Positions 16,947 through 47,007 of a stretch of 64,000 nt of DNA are shown here, one piece after another. The position numbers and the translations under genes were made by a program. Numbering within the stretch: the stretch's first letter is position 1; each line of letters opens with the position of its first letter. The stretch lies in NCBI RefSeq assembly GCF_009914755.1, contig NC_060929.1. One strand, 5' to 3'. The notes below the pieces were generated by a model. The model searched no databases and was not told where the DNA came from. It worked only from the letters and a program-made list of their open reading frames with translations. Source of the DNA: the human T2T-CHM13v2.0 reference genome, Homo sapiens.

Positions 16947-17473
16947 CTTTAAGACATTGGTTATATTTGGGTGCCATTAATAATATATGGAATAGAGGAG
17001 AAAAGATAACTTTAAGGGAGAAAAAGAACATCAGTTTCAATGTTGAATTTCAGCTGGCGATGTCCAGTGGTCACTTGGGACAGACACTTGGTAGACTGAT
17101 TTTTCTAATGAGCTCAATTTAGACATCTTAGTGGACGTGGTGTTGTTGGGTTCGTTAATGCATTTGCCACCAATTATCAGATGCTGGATGGCTTCACTCA
17201 CACTTCTGGCAGTTGGCTGGGGCTGCTAGCTAATGTGCCTCAGTTGCCCCCATGTAGCCTCTCCCAGCTCAGCCTTCCTCACTTGGCAGCTGGGGTTCCC
17301 TGAGGGCAAGCCTGATGTGTACGCATGTATCAGGCCTCTGCTTGGGCCACATTTTCTAATGATCCAATAGCCAAAGCAAATCATATGGCTAAGCCTAGAG
17401 TTGATGTTGAAGGGGGCAACACAGGAGCCTAGGATTCATTAAGATCCATTAACATAACAGTGGAACACATGTT

Positions 17474-17785
17474 GGCTGGGTGTGGTGGCTGAGGCCTGTA
17501 ATCCCAGCACTTTCCCAGGCTGAGAAGGGAGGATCACAAGGTGAGGAGATCCAGACCATCCTGGCTAACATAGTGAAACCTTGTCTCTACTAAAAATACA
17601 AAAAAATTAGCCGGGCGTGGTGGCAGGTGCCTGTAGTCCCAGCTACTCAGGAGGCTGAGGTAGTAGAATGGCGTGAACCTGGGAGGCGGAGCTTGCAGTG
17701 GGCCGAGATGGCACCACTGCACTCCAGCCTGGGTGACAGAGCGAGACTCCATCTCAATAAAAAAAAAAAAAAAAAAAAAAACAAA
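17474..17785 (+). mobile_element. AluY
   Basis: Y-type motifs, long A tail, TSD tggaacacatgtt. Confidence 0.93.
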
Positions 17786-17947
17786 GCATGGAACACATGT
17801 TAAACAGAGTCTAGAATTCGTTAAGATCCATTAACATAAAATGGAACACATGTTAAATGCAATGAAGAAAAAGAATAGAGTAAAAAGACAGATAATTACA
17901 TTGGAAGAGAAGGCGGTAGTAGGCAGGGTGGTCAGGGAAGTGACTTT

Positions 17948-24026
<6,079 letters not shown>

Positions 24027-24302
24027 TCAGGGAAGTGACTTTTAAGCAGACACTTAAATGAAGTAAGGCAGCCAGTAATGTGAAATTCTGCAGGCAAGCC
24101 AATGCTAGACAGTGAACAGCAGGGGTGAGGATTGTGAAGCCAGAACCAGCTTGAAATGCTCAAGAAACAAGAAGAGCAGAGGACACCAGGGCTGGGGATG
24201 GAAAAGCGATGGGGATGAGGTTGGAGAGGTGGCAGAGTGGACCACAGTGCAGGACTTCGCAGACCATGGAAGGAGACTCAATTTTATTCTAAATAGTGAT
24301 GA

Positions 24303-24647
<345 letters not shown>

Positions 24648-25329
24648 AATTTTCATCTTTAAAAGATGGTTCTGATTACCGATGACGCAACATGCATGGA
24701 GGCTGGGAGATCTGGTAGGGGCTACTGTAGTAGTCACAGAAAGAGAGAATGGTAGTGGTGGAGGTGCTAAGAAATGGTTGAATTTGGAAGACCAGGGGAG
24801 GTAGAAACAGTACATGTTCATGGACTAGATGTGGAATGTCAGGGACACAGAGGAGTCAAGAATGATGCCTGACAACTGAGCAAGATAGGAAATAAGGGGG
24901 AGAGAAAATCAGGCATTCTTTTCTGGACGTGCTATATTTCACCTGCCTAATACACATGCAAGTGGAGAAACCAAGTAGAAGATCAAATAGGAAGACCTTA
25001 AGCTCAAGGGAGAGAAAGTCAGCATCTACATGGCATGAAGGCCATGAGAATATGTAGGATAAATTGGAAGATGTTGTAGAAGATGCAAATGTTCTCTGCT
25101 AACCATTGGATTTTCACAGTGCAATAAGTGACAAATAGAAGGAATGGCTGCAGGGAGCTTAGAGAGGAGTTTTGAGAAAGTGGTCTTGGGTCAGGAAACA
25201 AGAGACTGAATTCATTAGGGAAGGGTGGCAGGATGGATGTGAAGGGGCTGCCAGCTTCTGAAGACTGTGATAAAGTGAGAGCTATCGTGGTTATGTTTCT
25301 CCAGCAATATTCAGCTGCTCAAATACAGG

Positions 25330-25807
25330 GCATTAGTCAGGGGTCCTCAGAGAAACAGATCCAATAAGATATATATAACCAGAAAGAAACGGATTATAAG
25401 GCATTGGCTCATGTGATTATGGAGGTTGATTATGGATACTTCATTAAGTCCCACAAGCTTCTGTCTGCAAGCTGGAGACCCAAGAAAGCTTGTGATATAA
25501 TTCCAAGGCCTGAAAGCCAGAGAGCCAATGGTGTAGATTCCATTCTGGGTCAGAAGGCCTGAGAACCAGGTGCTCCAAGGACAGGAGAAGATCAATAAGG
25601 CAGCTCCAGTAATCAGCAGAGAGTGGACTCAACCTCCCTTTGCTAATAGATTGGGTAATGCCCACCCACAAGGGCTTTACTCAGTTCACCAATTCAAATG
25701 CTAATCTCTTCTGGATACACCCTCAGAGACCACACAGAAATAATGTCTGAGCAGTTATCTGGGCATCCCATGGCTCAGTCATGTTGACACATAAAATTAA
25801 CCATCAA
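25330..25807. mobile_element. MLT2-family LTR
   Basis: cagagaaacagatccaataag ... ttgacacataaaattaaccatca hallmarks. Confidence 0.8.
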
Positions 25808-26058
25808 ATATAGACTTAGAGAGTTGGATTTAGCTGTGGGTGGGATTTTTGAAGACAAATGTAGGGAGGGGAGGGATGAGGAGGGAGCTGAGGGTATATA
25901 CAAATGAAATTATACTTATGGATGAGAGATTCTAGACTGTGGAAGGAGGGAGCAGTGGACATTGAAGAAAGTGGCCTCACTGGTTTGGAAGTCATCATGG
26001 GCTAGCATTGTTGGAGAAGTGTCACTAGAGGGACTGTGCTGAGAAAAAGTGGAAATGA

Positions 26059-26360
26059 GGCTGGGCGCGGTGGCTCACGCCTGTAATCCCAGCATTTTGG
26101 GAGGCCAAGGCAGGCAGATCACGAGGTCGGGAGATCGAGACCATCCTGGCTAACACAGTGAAACCCCGTCTCTACTAAAAATACAAAAAATTAACCAGGC
26201 ATGGTGGCAGGCACCTGTAGTCCCAGCTACTCAGGAGGCTGAGGCAGAAGAATGGCGTGAACCTGGAAGGCAGAGCTTGCAGTGAACCGAGATTGAGCCA
26301 CTGCATTCCAGCCTGGGCGACAGAGTGAGACTGTCTCGAAAAAAAAGAAGAAAAGAAAAA
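26059..26360 (+). mobile_element. AluY
   Basis: Y-type motifs; TSD gaaaaagtg(g)aaatga. Confidence 0.93.
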
Positions 26361-28199
26361 GAAAAAGTGAAATGAAATAGTTTGGGAGCAGCAGGCCAGA
26401 GTTTGGTGGGGAAGATTACTAGGAGTAAGGAGGTCAAAGGACCAAGAAGCCAGGGCCGCTGGATGGACTGTCTGTGAGAGGGAAGTCTCCAGAACAGTTG
26501 GGCAGAGAAAGACAGCCAAATACTTGTATGAGGAAGGGGTAAGGATGGTCTGTTCCAATAGCACTGCTTCAAACAATGTGAGGGTTTTCAGAAAAGAAGG
26601 AAGAGCAAGGGTCTGGAGGGGCTAAAAGAATAATCACCTCACCCCAGGCCCAGTGGCACAGAGCTGGGATGCAAACAACCCTCACTTGAGAAGGTTGCTG
26701 GGAATACACAGGTTTTCAGTTAGGGGTAGAAGGTCAGAGGAACTTAAGGGGTGGTGGTGATGGTTTTGCAGGTGACAGATCATTCGCTGCAGAGGGCACA
26801 GGCGAATGAGGAGAGAAGAGGATGCCTGCTGACTGTGATGAAAGGGAGGATAATCTTTCCTGACCCTTTTCAAGCACAAATGGAATCAGCAAAGCTCACA
26901 CGAACAGTTATGAGTTACTCACATGAAGCCAAGTTTTGCTTCCTACCAGATTCTTGCCATGTTTTGAATTACTGAGTTCGCCAAATAAGAACCATGTGAA
27001 AATTAGTTATTATAGGTGATATCATTTATTACACTTTAATTATGTAACGTCTTTGAAGAAATAAACATATCCTACAGGTTTCATCTATCTTCAGACATCA
27101 AAGTTATACATTCCAATTAAAGTTCATTAGAAATTATTTTTAAAAAATGGGATTCCAAGCAAGAATGTATGTTAATTCACATGTAACATCCACTCAGGCC
27201 AAGGTATTCTGACCTAGCAATGATATCACACCTGACACAGCAGTTGCAATGGCGACTGCTGCTTAATTGAGTTTGCCATGGACCATTGTCATCCTCCAGG
27301 ATCTGTCTGGTTTTTGCAGGGCCCACGCTTGTGAATTAAATGGCAACATGATGGGGTCCATCACCCTGCATCTTCTGGTCCTTTAGGGATGACACCAATT
27401 TCTGCCATTCATTTTGGAATGCTGTATCGCTTTGGACTCACTGTCTATGGTTATAGAGGGGGGTTCATTTCAGAGGATTCCCCTTGGTCCTTTCTACGAT
27501 GATAGTCTTACCCTAAGCCTAGGAACCAACAAATGAAGCATGTCTATTTCCATTATACATTTGGGGTCCAGAGACGTGACCACTTGGATGAGTCTGCAGA
27601 CCCAGTGGGCACACCATAAATAGGCAGGATCTGGGCCAGTCTCCATGTTTTAGCTACTCCAATATTCTCCGCTCTAACAGGGGCCCAAGATGCCCGTTTG
27701 TGTCTCTAGGTATTAATGTCTACTAAGACCTCGTGCAACAGTCACTCAAATGTTTGGGTAATCCTTGGTATTCAGTGACCCAAGTATATCCCTTTGGTAA
27801 AAGCCTGGGAGACCCAGGACCTCACCCTCTTGCTGTGTGGTTTTGCAAGGCTCTGCCTCCTAGGGACACAGTCTTTTCTTTAGTCAATGCACCTGGGGCC
27901 AAACAGTGGCTCAACCCCAGAAACTGGACAAGGGATTGTGACTTTTTATTGGTGACTTTCAGGTTCCTGATCACGCATCCTTGATTTCTCTTGGTTATAC
28001 AGATTGAACAATCTCTTGCTGGCTGCCCATCTGTTTTGTTCCTAGGGATGCAGTAACTCAATAGAATTTTGAGTTAACTCCCTTGAGTGTTATTTTTGGC
28101 CAGGGGAAGAATTTTCTGAATTTGGAGAAGAGAGTATTTGTGAATATTTCTTGGCCAGAGAGGCAGACTGTGACAGTGACAGCTAACTGTCCACCAAAG

Positions 28200-29008
<809 letters not shown>

Positions 29009-29151
29009 AATTTTTACCAAATTTTAAAGGTGTGTTTGTGATGGTCTGACATAAGAGTAGAGATGATATGACATTAAATTCACTCCGAGGGGCCCAGGGG
29101 ATGTCTCATGAGGCTCAGTATTTATTCCTTACAACAGCTGAAAATGATGTT

Positions 29152-29459
29152 CAGCCAGCCCTCTGTACCTGTGGGTTCCACATCCGTAGATTCAACCAGG
29201 CAAGGACTGAAAATACTTGAAAAAATGTTGCGTCTATATTGAACATGTACAGACTTTTTTCCTTGTTATTGTTCCCTAAACCATGTGGTACAACAACTAT
29301 TTACATAGCATTTACACTGTACTAGGTATTACAAGTAACCTAGAGTATATACAGGAGGATGTGCCATTGCATATCAGGGACTTGAGCATCCTTGGATTTT
29401 GGTATCCATGGGGGGGGTCCTGCAGCCAATCACCCATGGATACCAAGGGATGACTGTAT
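29152..29459. mobile_element. MER2 (TcMar-Tigger) DNA transposon relic
   Basis: Imperfect terminal inverted repeats cagccagccctctgtacc / ggataccaagggatgactg; internal aactatttacatagcatttac motif. Confidence 0.8.
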
Positions 29460-29757
29460 CATAAAAGGCAGTGATAATACAGTCAACATATACACATTTT
29501 CTCTGTCCACACCTTGTTAATATAAGTGATTGTTTTCTATATGGGTCCCTGGATGCTGCCTCTCTTACCTACCTCTTCAGGTTCCTTGGCCTCATCTGTC
29601 CCCCAAGCTCTTGGAAGCTTGGTCCACTCAGCACCAAGACAGTTGACTGACTCCACGCAGGCCTTCGATTTTCCACCCCTGAAGACTAACCAGCTGTGTA
29701 CCTGGAGTCTCAAGATCCTCCTGCCAGAGATTTCGATGAAATGCTACCTTCAGGGCA

Positions 29758-30496
29758 TGTGAATTCGTTTCCTGTTGCTGCTGTCACAAGTTACCGCAAA
29801 TGTGGTGGTTTAAAGCAACAGAAGTTAGTTTGCTCACATTTCTGGAGGTCATTGTATGAAATGAGCTTCATGCTTCTAAAATCAAGATGCCAGCAGGGTG
29901 GATTTCTCCTCCTGTCCTCTCCAGGCTTGCGGAGGTTGCTGGCATTCTCCCCGCCGCCCGTGGACCCTTTCTTGCCTCACTCTTACTCTTGCTTCTGTTG
30001 TCACATCTCCCACCCCTGCCTCTGATTTTCTGCCTCCCCCTTCAAAGACCCCTTGGGATTACTTGGATAACCTAGAATAATCGCTCCATCTCAAAACTCT
30101 TTTTTTTGAGATGAAGTCTTACTCTGTCACCCAGGCTGGAGTGCAGTGGCGCAATCTTAGTTCACTGCAACCCCCACCTCCTGGGTTCAAGCGATTCTCC
30201 TACCTGAGCCAAGTAGCTGGGGCTACAGGTGCCTGCCACCACATCTGGCTAATTTTTGTATTTTTAGTAGAGACGGGGTTTCACTATGTTGGCCAGGCTG
30301 GTCTTGAACTCCTGACCTCGTGATCCGCCTGCCTTTGCCTCCCAAAGTGTTGGCATTACAGGGGTGAGCCACCCCACCTGGCCTTAAGACTCTTAATCTT
30401 AATCACATCTGCTGAGTCCCTTTTGCCATAGATAACATTCACAGATTCTGGGGATTAGGATGTGGTTATCTGTGTTGGGCCATTATTCAGCCCATG
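29758..30496 (-). mobile_element. MLT1-family LTR interrupted by an antisense AluS (30099-30383)
   Basis: tttcctgttgctgctgtcacaagttacc...ttaaagcaacag and ataacattcacagattctggggattagg motifs. Confidence 0.75.
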
Positions 30497-30972
30497 TCGT
30501 GGTAGGATATAACTTTTTTTTTTTAAATTTTATTATTATTATACTTCAAGTTTTAGGGTATATGTGCACAACATGCAGGTTTGTTACATATGTATACATG
30601 TGCCATGTTGGTGTGCTGCACCCATTAACTCGTCATTTAGCATTAGGTATATCTCCTAATGCTATCCCTCCCCCCACCCCCCAACAGGCCCCAGTGTGTG
30701 ATGTTCCCCTTCCTGTGTCCATGTGTTCTCATTGTTCAATTCCCACCTATGAGTGAGAACATGCAGTGTTTGATTTTCTGTCCTTGCAATAGTTTGCTGA
30801 GAATGATGGTTTCCAGCTTCATCCATGTCCCTACAAAGGACATGGACTCATCTTTTTTTTCTGGCTGCATAGTATTCCATGGTGTATATGTGCCACATTT
30901 TCTTAATCCAGTCTATCACTGATGGACATTTGGGTTGGTTCCAAGTCTTTGTTTATTGCGGCACTATTCACA

Positions 30973-31454
<482 letters not shown>

Positions 31455-31457
31455 TTA

Positions 31458-32402
<945 letters not shown>

Positions 32403-34154
32403 TTATCCAATTTGCCAGTCTGTGTCTTTTAATTGGAGCATTTAGCCCATTAACATTTAAAGTTAATATTGTTATGTGTGAATTTGATCCTGTCATTATG
32501 ATGTTAGCTGGTTATTTTGCTCATTAGTTGATGCAGTTTCTTCCCAGCCTTGATGGTCTTTACAATTTGGCATGTTTTTGCAGTGGCTGGTACTGGTTGT
32601 TCCTTTCCATGTTTAGTGCTTCCTTCAGGAGCTCTTTTAGGGCAGGCCTGGTGGTGACAAAATCTCTCAGCATTTGTTTGTCTGTAAAGTATTTTATTTC
32701 TTCTTCACTTATGAAGCTTAGTTTGGCTGGATATGAGATTCTTGGTTGAAAATTCTTTAAGAATGTTGAATATTGGTCCCCACTCTCTTCTGGCTTGTAG
32801 AGTTTCTGCAGAGAGATCAGCTGTTAGTCTGATGGTCTTCCCTTTGTGGGTAACCCGACCTTTCTCTCTGGCTGCCCTTAACATTTTTTCCTTCATTTCA
32901 ACTTTGGTGAATCTGACAATTATGTGTCTTGGAGTTGCTCTTCTCGACGAGTATCTTTGTGGTGTTCTCTGTGTTTCCTGAATTTGAATGTTGGCCTGCC
33001 TTGCTAGATTGGGGAAGTTCTCCTGGATAATATCCTGCAGAGTGTTTTCCAACTTGGTTCCATTCTCCCCGTCACTTTCAGGTACACCAATCAGACGTAG
33101 ATTTGGTCTTTTCACATAGTCCCATATTTCTTGGAGGCTTTGTTCGTTTCTTTTTACTCTTCAAACTTCTCATCTTGCTTCATTTCATTCATTTGATCTT
33201 CCATCACTGATACCCTTTCTTCCAGTTGATCGCATCGGCTACTGAGGCTTCTGCATTCGTCATGTAGCTCTCGTGCCTTGGTTTTCAGCTCCATCAGGTC
33301 CTTTAAGGACTTCTCTGCATTGGTTATTCTAGTTAGCCATTCGTCTAATGTTTTTTTCAAAGCTTTTGACTTCTTTGCCATTGGTTCGAATTTCCTCCCG
33401 TAGCTCAGAGTAGTTTGATCGTCTGAAGCCGCCTTCTCTCAACTCATCAAAGTCATTCTCCATCCAGCTTTGTTCTATTGCTGGTGAGGAGCTGCAATCC
33501 TTTGGAGGAGGAGAGGTGCTCTGATTTTTAGAGTTTCCAGTTTTTCTGCTCTGTTTTTTTCCCATCTTTGTGGTTTTATCTACCTTTGGTCTTTGATGAT
33601 GATGATGTACAGATGGGTTTGTGGTGTGGATGTCCTTTCTGTTTGTTAGCTTTCCTTCTAACAGACAGGACCCTCAGCTGCAGGTCTTCTGGAGTTTGCT
33701 AGAGGTCCACTCCAGACCCTGTTTGCCTAGGTATCAGCAACGGTGGCTGCAGAACACTGGATATTGGTGAACCACAGATGCTGCTGCCTGATCGTTCCTC
33801 TGGAAGTTTTGTCTCAGAGGAGTACCCGGCCATGTGAGGTGTCAGTCTGCCCCTGCTGGGGGATGCCTCCCAGTTAGGCTGCTCGGGGGTCAGGGGTCAG
33901 GGACCCACTTGAGGAGGCAGTCTGCCCATTCTCAGATCTCCAGCTGTGTGCTGGGAGAACCACTGCTCTCTTCAAAGCTGTCAGACAGGGACATTTAAGT
34001 CTGCAGAGGTTACTGCTGTCTTTTTGTTTGTCTGTGCCCTGCCCCTAGAGATGGATCCTACAGAGGCACGCAGGCCTCCTTGAGCTGTGGTGGGCTCCAC
34101 CCAGTTCAAGCTTCCCAGCTGCTTTGTTTACCTAATCAAACAACTAACTCGGCA

Positions 34155-34337
34155 ATGGCGGGCACCCCTCCCCCAGCCTTGCTGCCACCTTGCAGTTTGA
34201 TCACGGACTGCTGTACTAGCAATGAGCGAGAGTCCGTGGGCATAGGACCCTCTGAGCCAGGTGTGGGATATAATCGCCTGGTGTGCCGTTTCTTAAGCCC
34301 ATTGGAAAAGTGCAGTATTAGGGTGGGGGTGACCTGA
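34155..34337 (+). other. L1 ORF0 (antisense), 60 codons, ending early at TGA
   Basis: MAGTPPPALLPPCSLITDCCTS...IRVGVT*. Confidence 0.75.
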
Positions 34338-34661
34338 TTTTCCAGGTGCCCTCTGTCACCGCTTTCTTTGACTAGGAAAGGGAATTCCCTGACCCCTTGT
34401 GCTTCCCGGGTGAGGTGATGCCTTGCCCTGCTTCGCCTGGTGCATGGTGCGCTGTACCCACTGTCCTGAACCTACTGTCTGGCACTCCCCAGTGAGATGA
34501 ACCTGGTACCTCAGTTGGAAATGCAGAAATCACCCATCTTCTGCGTTGCTCACGCTGGGAGCTGTAGACTGGAGCTGTTCCTATTCGGCCATCTTGGCTC
34601 CTCCCCCTGAGACAGAGTCTTTGGATATAACTTCTTAAGTGGCTTTTAAAGGCATCAGATA

Positions 34662-34953
34662 GGCCAGGCATAGTGACTCACATCTATAATCCCACCACTT
34701 TGGGAGGCAGAGGCAGAAGGATTGCTTGAGGCCAGGAGTTTGAGACCAGCCTGGACAATATAGACCCCATCTCTACAAAAAATTTAAAAACTTAGCTGGG
34801 TGTGGCGATGTGCGCTAGTTGCTCTAATTACTTGGGAGGCTGAGGCAGGATTATCTCTTGAGCCTAGGAGTTGCAGTGAGCTATGGTCATGCCACTGCAC
34901 TATAGCCTGGGCAACAGAGCAAGACCCTGTTTCTAAAAAAAAATAAAAAATAA
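34662..34953 (+). mobile_element. AluJ
   Basis: Diverged Alu dimer with gaggccaggagtttgag. Confidence 0.9.
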
Positions 34954-35595
34954 TCGTACCAGATGGCATGGACGTGTGGGAGCTGACTCCCCAGGTAGTG
35001 AAAATCATCCAGTGGGAAACAGGAGACAGGACCAAGCCGAGAAGATACATTTCTTCTCTCTGGAGGACTGCTCTGAGGCAGGACTTTTCTGCACAGCCTG
35101 TGCAGAGACATTCCATAGAGCCAAGCAGATGCTCCACTGAGCAACTGGCTGGATCTCTTTCTGGCTCATGGTGAAGAGGGGTTGGCACAATAAAGCCTTG
35201 GCTGGCATTGACTCCCATCCATTTCTGCCTTGCTCCCACATCCTTTCTGCCCTGGGATTGCATTTCTCAAAGCATCAGCAATTCATCTCTGCCTTCATCT
35301 CACCTGGGGTAGCCCAAATTGAAAGTCATACTTTATTCCTTCATTTATTGAAGAAATAATCACTAAGAACCTACTCTATTCAGATACAGTTCTGATTAAC
35401 AAAGTGACAGTTATAAATATGAAAAAAATGTCTGCTCTCATTAACTTCCATTTTAACTAGAAAAGACATACAATAAACAAGACATCATTTAGTGACAAGT
35501 GATATTTAAAAGATGGTGATGCAATAAAGGCTAGTTATTTTATTAATATATTTGGTGGTGAGGAAGGGCCTTTCTGGAGGTGACATGTAACCTGA

Positions 35596-35960
<365 letters not shown>

Positions 35961-36648
35961 TAATAGCAGGTATCAATGTGCAATCAGTGCTCTTCTCATG
36001 TGGATGCTTCTAGATAGGTGGTACGCTCAGTTGAAGAGCAGCAGAAATTTACTTTAAAAAAATTCATAATTCTACCAAGTAACAGAAGGCTGGCTGATAT
36101 AAAATATAAACATTTCAAGCAGAAGCTCTCTAATAACCAATAAATGGGACTTCCTCTTTGTCGTGAAGGGATGTATTTTATTTTACAAGTTAGATTTCCT
36201 TACTATATTTTACACTCAGCATAATTTAGAAGAAGGGTGATCAGAGTAGGAGTTATGAAGCTGTAGCTTTCTTAGCTGTTTAACAAACACATTAGGATAT
36301 ATACCCCTATTTCCTTCCATTGCCAACATATTTTCGCTTTTATGGTTGGCTATTTGTAGCAACAATTTTCCCTTGTCATTTCATATGTTTTGTGGATCAG
36401 TTTACATCTTGTTCAGACTGTAGCATCAGGAAGAAGTCATGGGCTTTGACATTAGATAACGCACTATTTCATTTAGATTTTCACTTTCTCTTAGATATTA
36501 AATGTTTTTAATAACATCATAAAAGGTATTATTTTTACATTTCTATAATTCATTGTTGGTCCTATATAGAAATGCAGTTAAAAAAAAAACCTGACTTTTT
36601 ATCTAGTGATCTTGCTACAATCTCTCATTAATTCTTTTTTTCTATTGA

Positions 36649-39962
<3,314 letters not shown>

Positions 39963-40099
39963 TTAAAATCCAACGTGATCAGCCAATAAGCTAGGGGCTT
40001 CATCATATCAGCTGTGAATAATAACAGTTGTATATCTTTTCCATTTCTTTCTTTTCTTCCTCTTTCTGGCTTGCTGAAGTGGCTGGAACCGCCTCAGTG

Positions 40100-42680
<2,581 letters not shown>

Positions 42681-43108
42681 ACTAAGCTGCACATGAGGCT
42701 GGGAAATGTATTCTGTGGCTAAGCATGCATTGCAAGCCAAAACGTAGGGGAATTCTGTTACTAAAAGGTAAAAGGAGAGAAAGGCCAGATTACTGGGTGT
42801 TAGTTAGCAGTCTCTGTCACAGGCAGCTTTGTATAGAAATTAAACCTGAACCAAGTTATCATGGATGAAGAGAATGTGAATAGGGAGAAAGGTCATTTCA
42901 AGCAAGAGAAGAATATGAGCAGAAACTTGGAGAAGGTAATAAGATTGTGGGCATGTGTGTGTTTATGCTGAAAGTACATGTCTAATTAAAGGGAGCTGGT
43001 GATCAGATGGTAAATTATACCACATAGAATGGGTGTGGTCCTATCAGGAGGCCAGTGAAAAATAGAGAAACTGCTTGGATTTGGCATAGTTTTGTGATGA
43101 AACGGCAA

Positions 43109-43500
43109 TGTGTTAGGCCATTTTTCCATTGCCAAATAAATACCTGAGACTGGATAATTTATAGAGAAAGAAGTTTACTTGGCTCATGGTTCTGCATGCT
43201 CTTCAAGCCTGGCACCAGCATCTGCTTGGCTTCTGGAGGGCTCAAGGAGCTTTTACTCATGGTGGAAGGTGGCATGGGAGCAGGCACAGTACATGGCAGA
43301 GTGGGAGCAAGGGCAGTCGGGAGGTGCCACACTTTTAGAAACAATCAGATCTCATGAGAACAAACTTGCTATCGTGGCACCAAGCCATGAGGGATCCTCC
43401 CCCAGGATCCAAATACCTCTCACCAGGCCCTACCTCCAACCCTGGGGATTACATTTCAACATGGGGGATTTGGAAAGGGACAGATAACCAAAGTATATCA
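43109..43500 (-). mobile_element. MST-family MaLR solo LTR
   Basis: tgtgttaggcc...aatacctgagactgg...atttcaacatg...tatatca. Confidence 0.85.
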
Positions 43501-43571
43501 AGTGAGATTTGGAGACGGATGACCCTGGACCTGAATTCCCTGTCCATAATAGTCTTGTGATTTTCAGCAAG

Positions 43572-44394
<823 letters not shown>

Positions 44395-45834
44395 GCAAGT
44401 TAAATAAACTCTTTTCTAAATCTCAGTAGCTTCACTAAAATAGATATTAAAATAGATTATAAATAGTGCCTATCTCATGGCAAGGACAAAACCAGACACT
44501 TGGTGCCAAGCCTGAAACGTGTGCTGAGCAAATGTTAACTAATGCCATTGATTACATCAAAGAGAGATTATTAACAGAGTAACACAAAGGAAAGAGTGTA
44601 AGAAAGAATTACTTTAGAAATCCCCATTCTGCTCATTTTTGCCTCATGACTTTTCGCCATTCTTTGGTTCCACTAACCTGGCATGTGCTCACTCTGCATA
44701 CCACAAATCTGCATCTGGGGGCTAAATGTTCTCCCTTCAAAACTTATCTCTTTGAACACTTTCTTTCTGGACCCCTTCAACACAAACCCAGATGGTCCAC
44801 ATACTCTGTTAATTGTCTTATTGCCTTATATATTTATATATTTTACTAACAGCCTCTAAGCAACTTAATAAAGATGGTTGGTGTTGGTCTTTGGGGTTAT
44901 CTTATCTCCAGTTAAGAGGCCTGTTAAATTTCCTGAATGCCAAGTCATTCAGTGAACTCACAGACAACTATTCCCCCAATAGATGGGATTTGTAGAAATC
45001 ACTGGGTATTTTCCCCAGCATATCATGAGGGAATGATGAGAACTTGAATGTAACAACTGGTTCCCACCAAGCAAATGTCTGAATACTTTAGAGTCCGTAA
45101 ATCCTGTTTATGTCTCAAACTGCTTATCAACTGTAACCCAGTTATTACTTGAAAGTAAAAATAGAAGTCCTTGGGAAAACTAAAGATGGAAACAGATGCT
45201 ATACTACATTTTTAATTTTCCCACCTTAATTACACCCCCTACCAAAACAGGCTGGAGTGCTTAAGGCTTTGTAAGTGTCTTCTTTCTACTTCATTCAGAG
45301 GTTGTCTTCTGAACCAGCAAATATCATTTTTAAATTTAAACAAAAGACATCTCTTCTCCATTGTGTTTTGTCGGTGGTGTGCAGGACCTCTGGCTCCTAC
45401 CGGCTTGCCAGAGGTGACTGTGAGCTGTGTGCATCTCATTCCAACTCCACTTCCAGTGGTGATACCCTGGAGCCTGAAATTGGCCATGGTAGGGTTATTT
45501 ATTTACACCAGAAAAATCAGCAAATTCTGTGAAGCAGGGTTTTTGTTTTTGTTGTTTTTTTCCCCCAGAGAGCCAGTTGGTAAGCATTTACCAACATATG
45601 ATGGCCAGATCGCCATGGGCTTAGAAAGTACAGCTTCTGTCACCAGGAAACATTCATCACCTTCGTCATTGCAGAATGCTCTAAGTTGTGAGACTGGTAA
45701 AATGGGAACTCAATGAAAGCATGACCAAGACAAATGCTGCTAAGCCACAGCCAGTCCGGCTGGAATATGAGTGAGGTAGAGAGAGGCTTGAGACAAGGCT
45801 GGAGGGGCACGCAGAGGCAGAAAACACAGGGCTC

Positions 45835-46160
<326 letters not shown>

Positions 46161-47007
46161 TTACGTTTCAGTGGTATAGAAAGTTATGGTTTCACATAGG
46201 AAATAAATATATTTGGGTTTATGTTTTCTAAAGATCTCTCTAGGTATCTGGTCTGTGGAGAATAGGATAGACACATGGTGGGAGGGCAAGGGTGGAAGAC
46301 TAATGAGGACACTATTTTGGATCGGGACAAGGGAGCCACAGCATGGCTTCTGACCCCTGCCTTGCACCTGCCCCATGCCCATCTCCACACCCCACCTGCG
46401 CTTGTGCTCCCAGTGCTCTCCACCAGGAATCCCTTCCTCTCCCATCCCAAGTCCTGCCATATTGCAAGGCCAGCTCAAGGTCCACACCCCTCCACCTTGC
46501 ATCCTCCCCCCCAACCCCCGTCATCCCAGTCACATCAGTCTACCTGCCTTGGCACCTGGAATACTACTTCCTGATTATCACAAGACTTGCTGTGCTACCT
46601 TTTGTGGTCATTTCACATTTTATGTGCATTTGTCTGATCTCCATAAGTTGCTTAAAGTTTATTATGGAGATCAGTGGTATGATCTATGGCTAAATTGAGC
46701 GCCCAGAACATTCCAAGCAGGCACGATGCTAGATATCTTGGGGCACATAGAGGGAAGATAGAATCTGGTCCCACAGAAGCTTTCATTCATCTGTGGATTT
46801 ATCAAATACAAAGATAGGTGATGCTAAGCCACTTTGCACTGATAAGGAAATGCAGGGAGGGAGGAGATTCATGCAAAACAGTGGGTAAGAAACACTTAAA
46901 GCAACAATCTTAAAACTGGGGACTGTATTCCTTGCATCACACATGGAATCAAAATTCTAACTGTAGCTTTGCTTGTAAAGGAAACATACTTCCATAATTA
47001 CCTGCAA

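Noticed and set aside
27240-28070. Possible ERVL/MaLR internal gag-like remnant
   Set aside because: Faint resemblance only; no ORF or boundaries I can support
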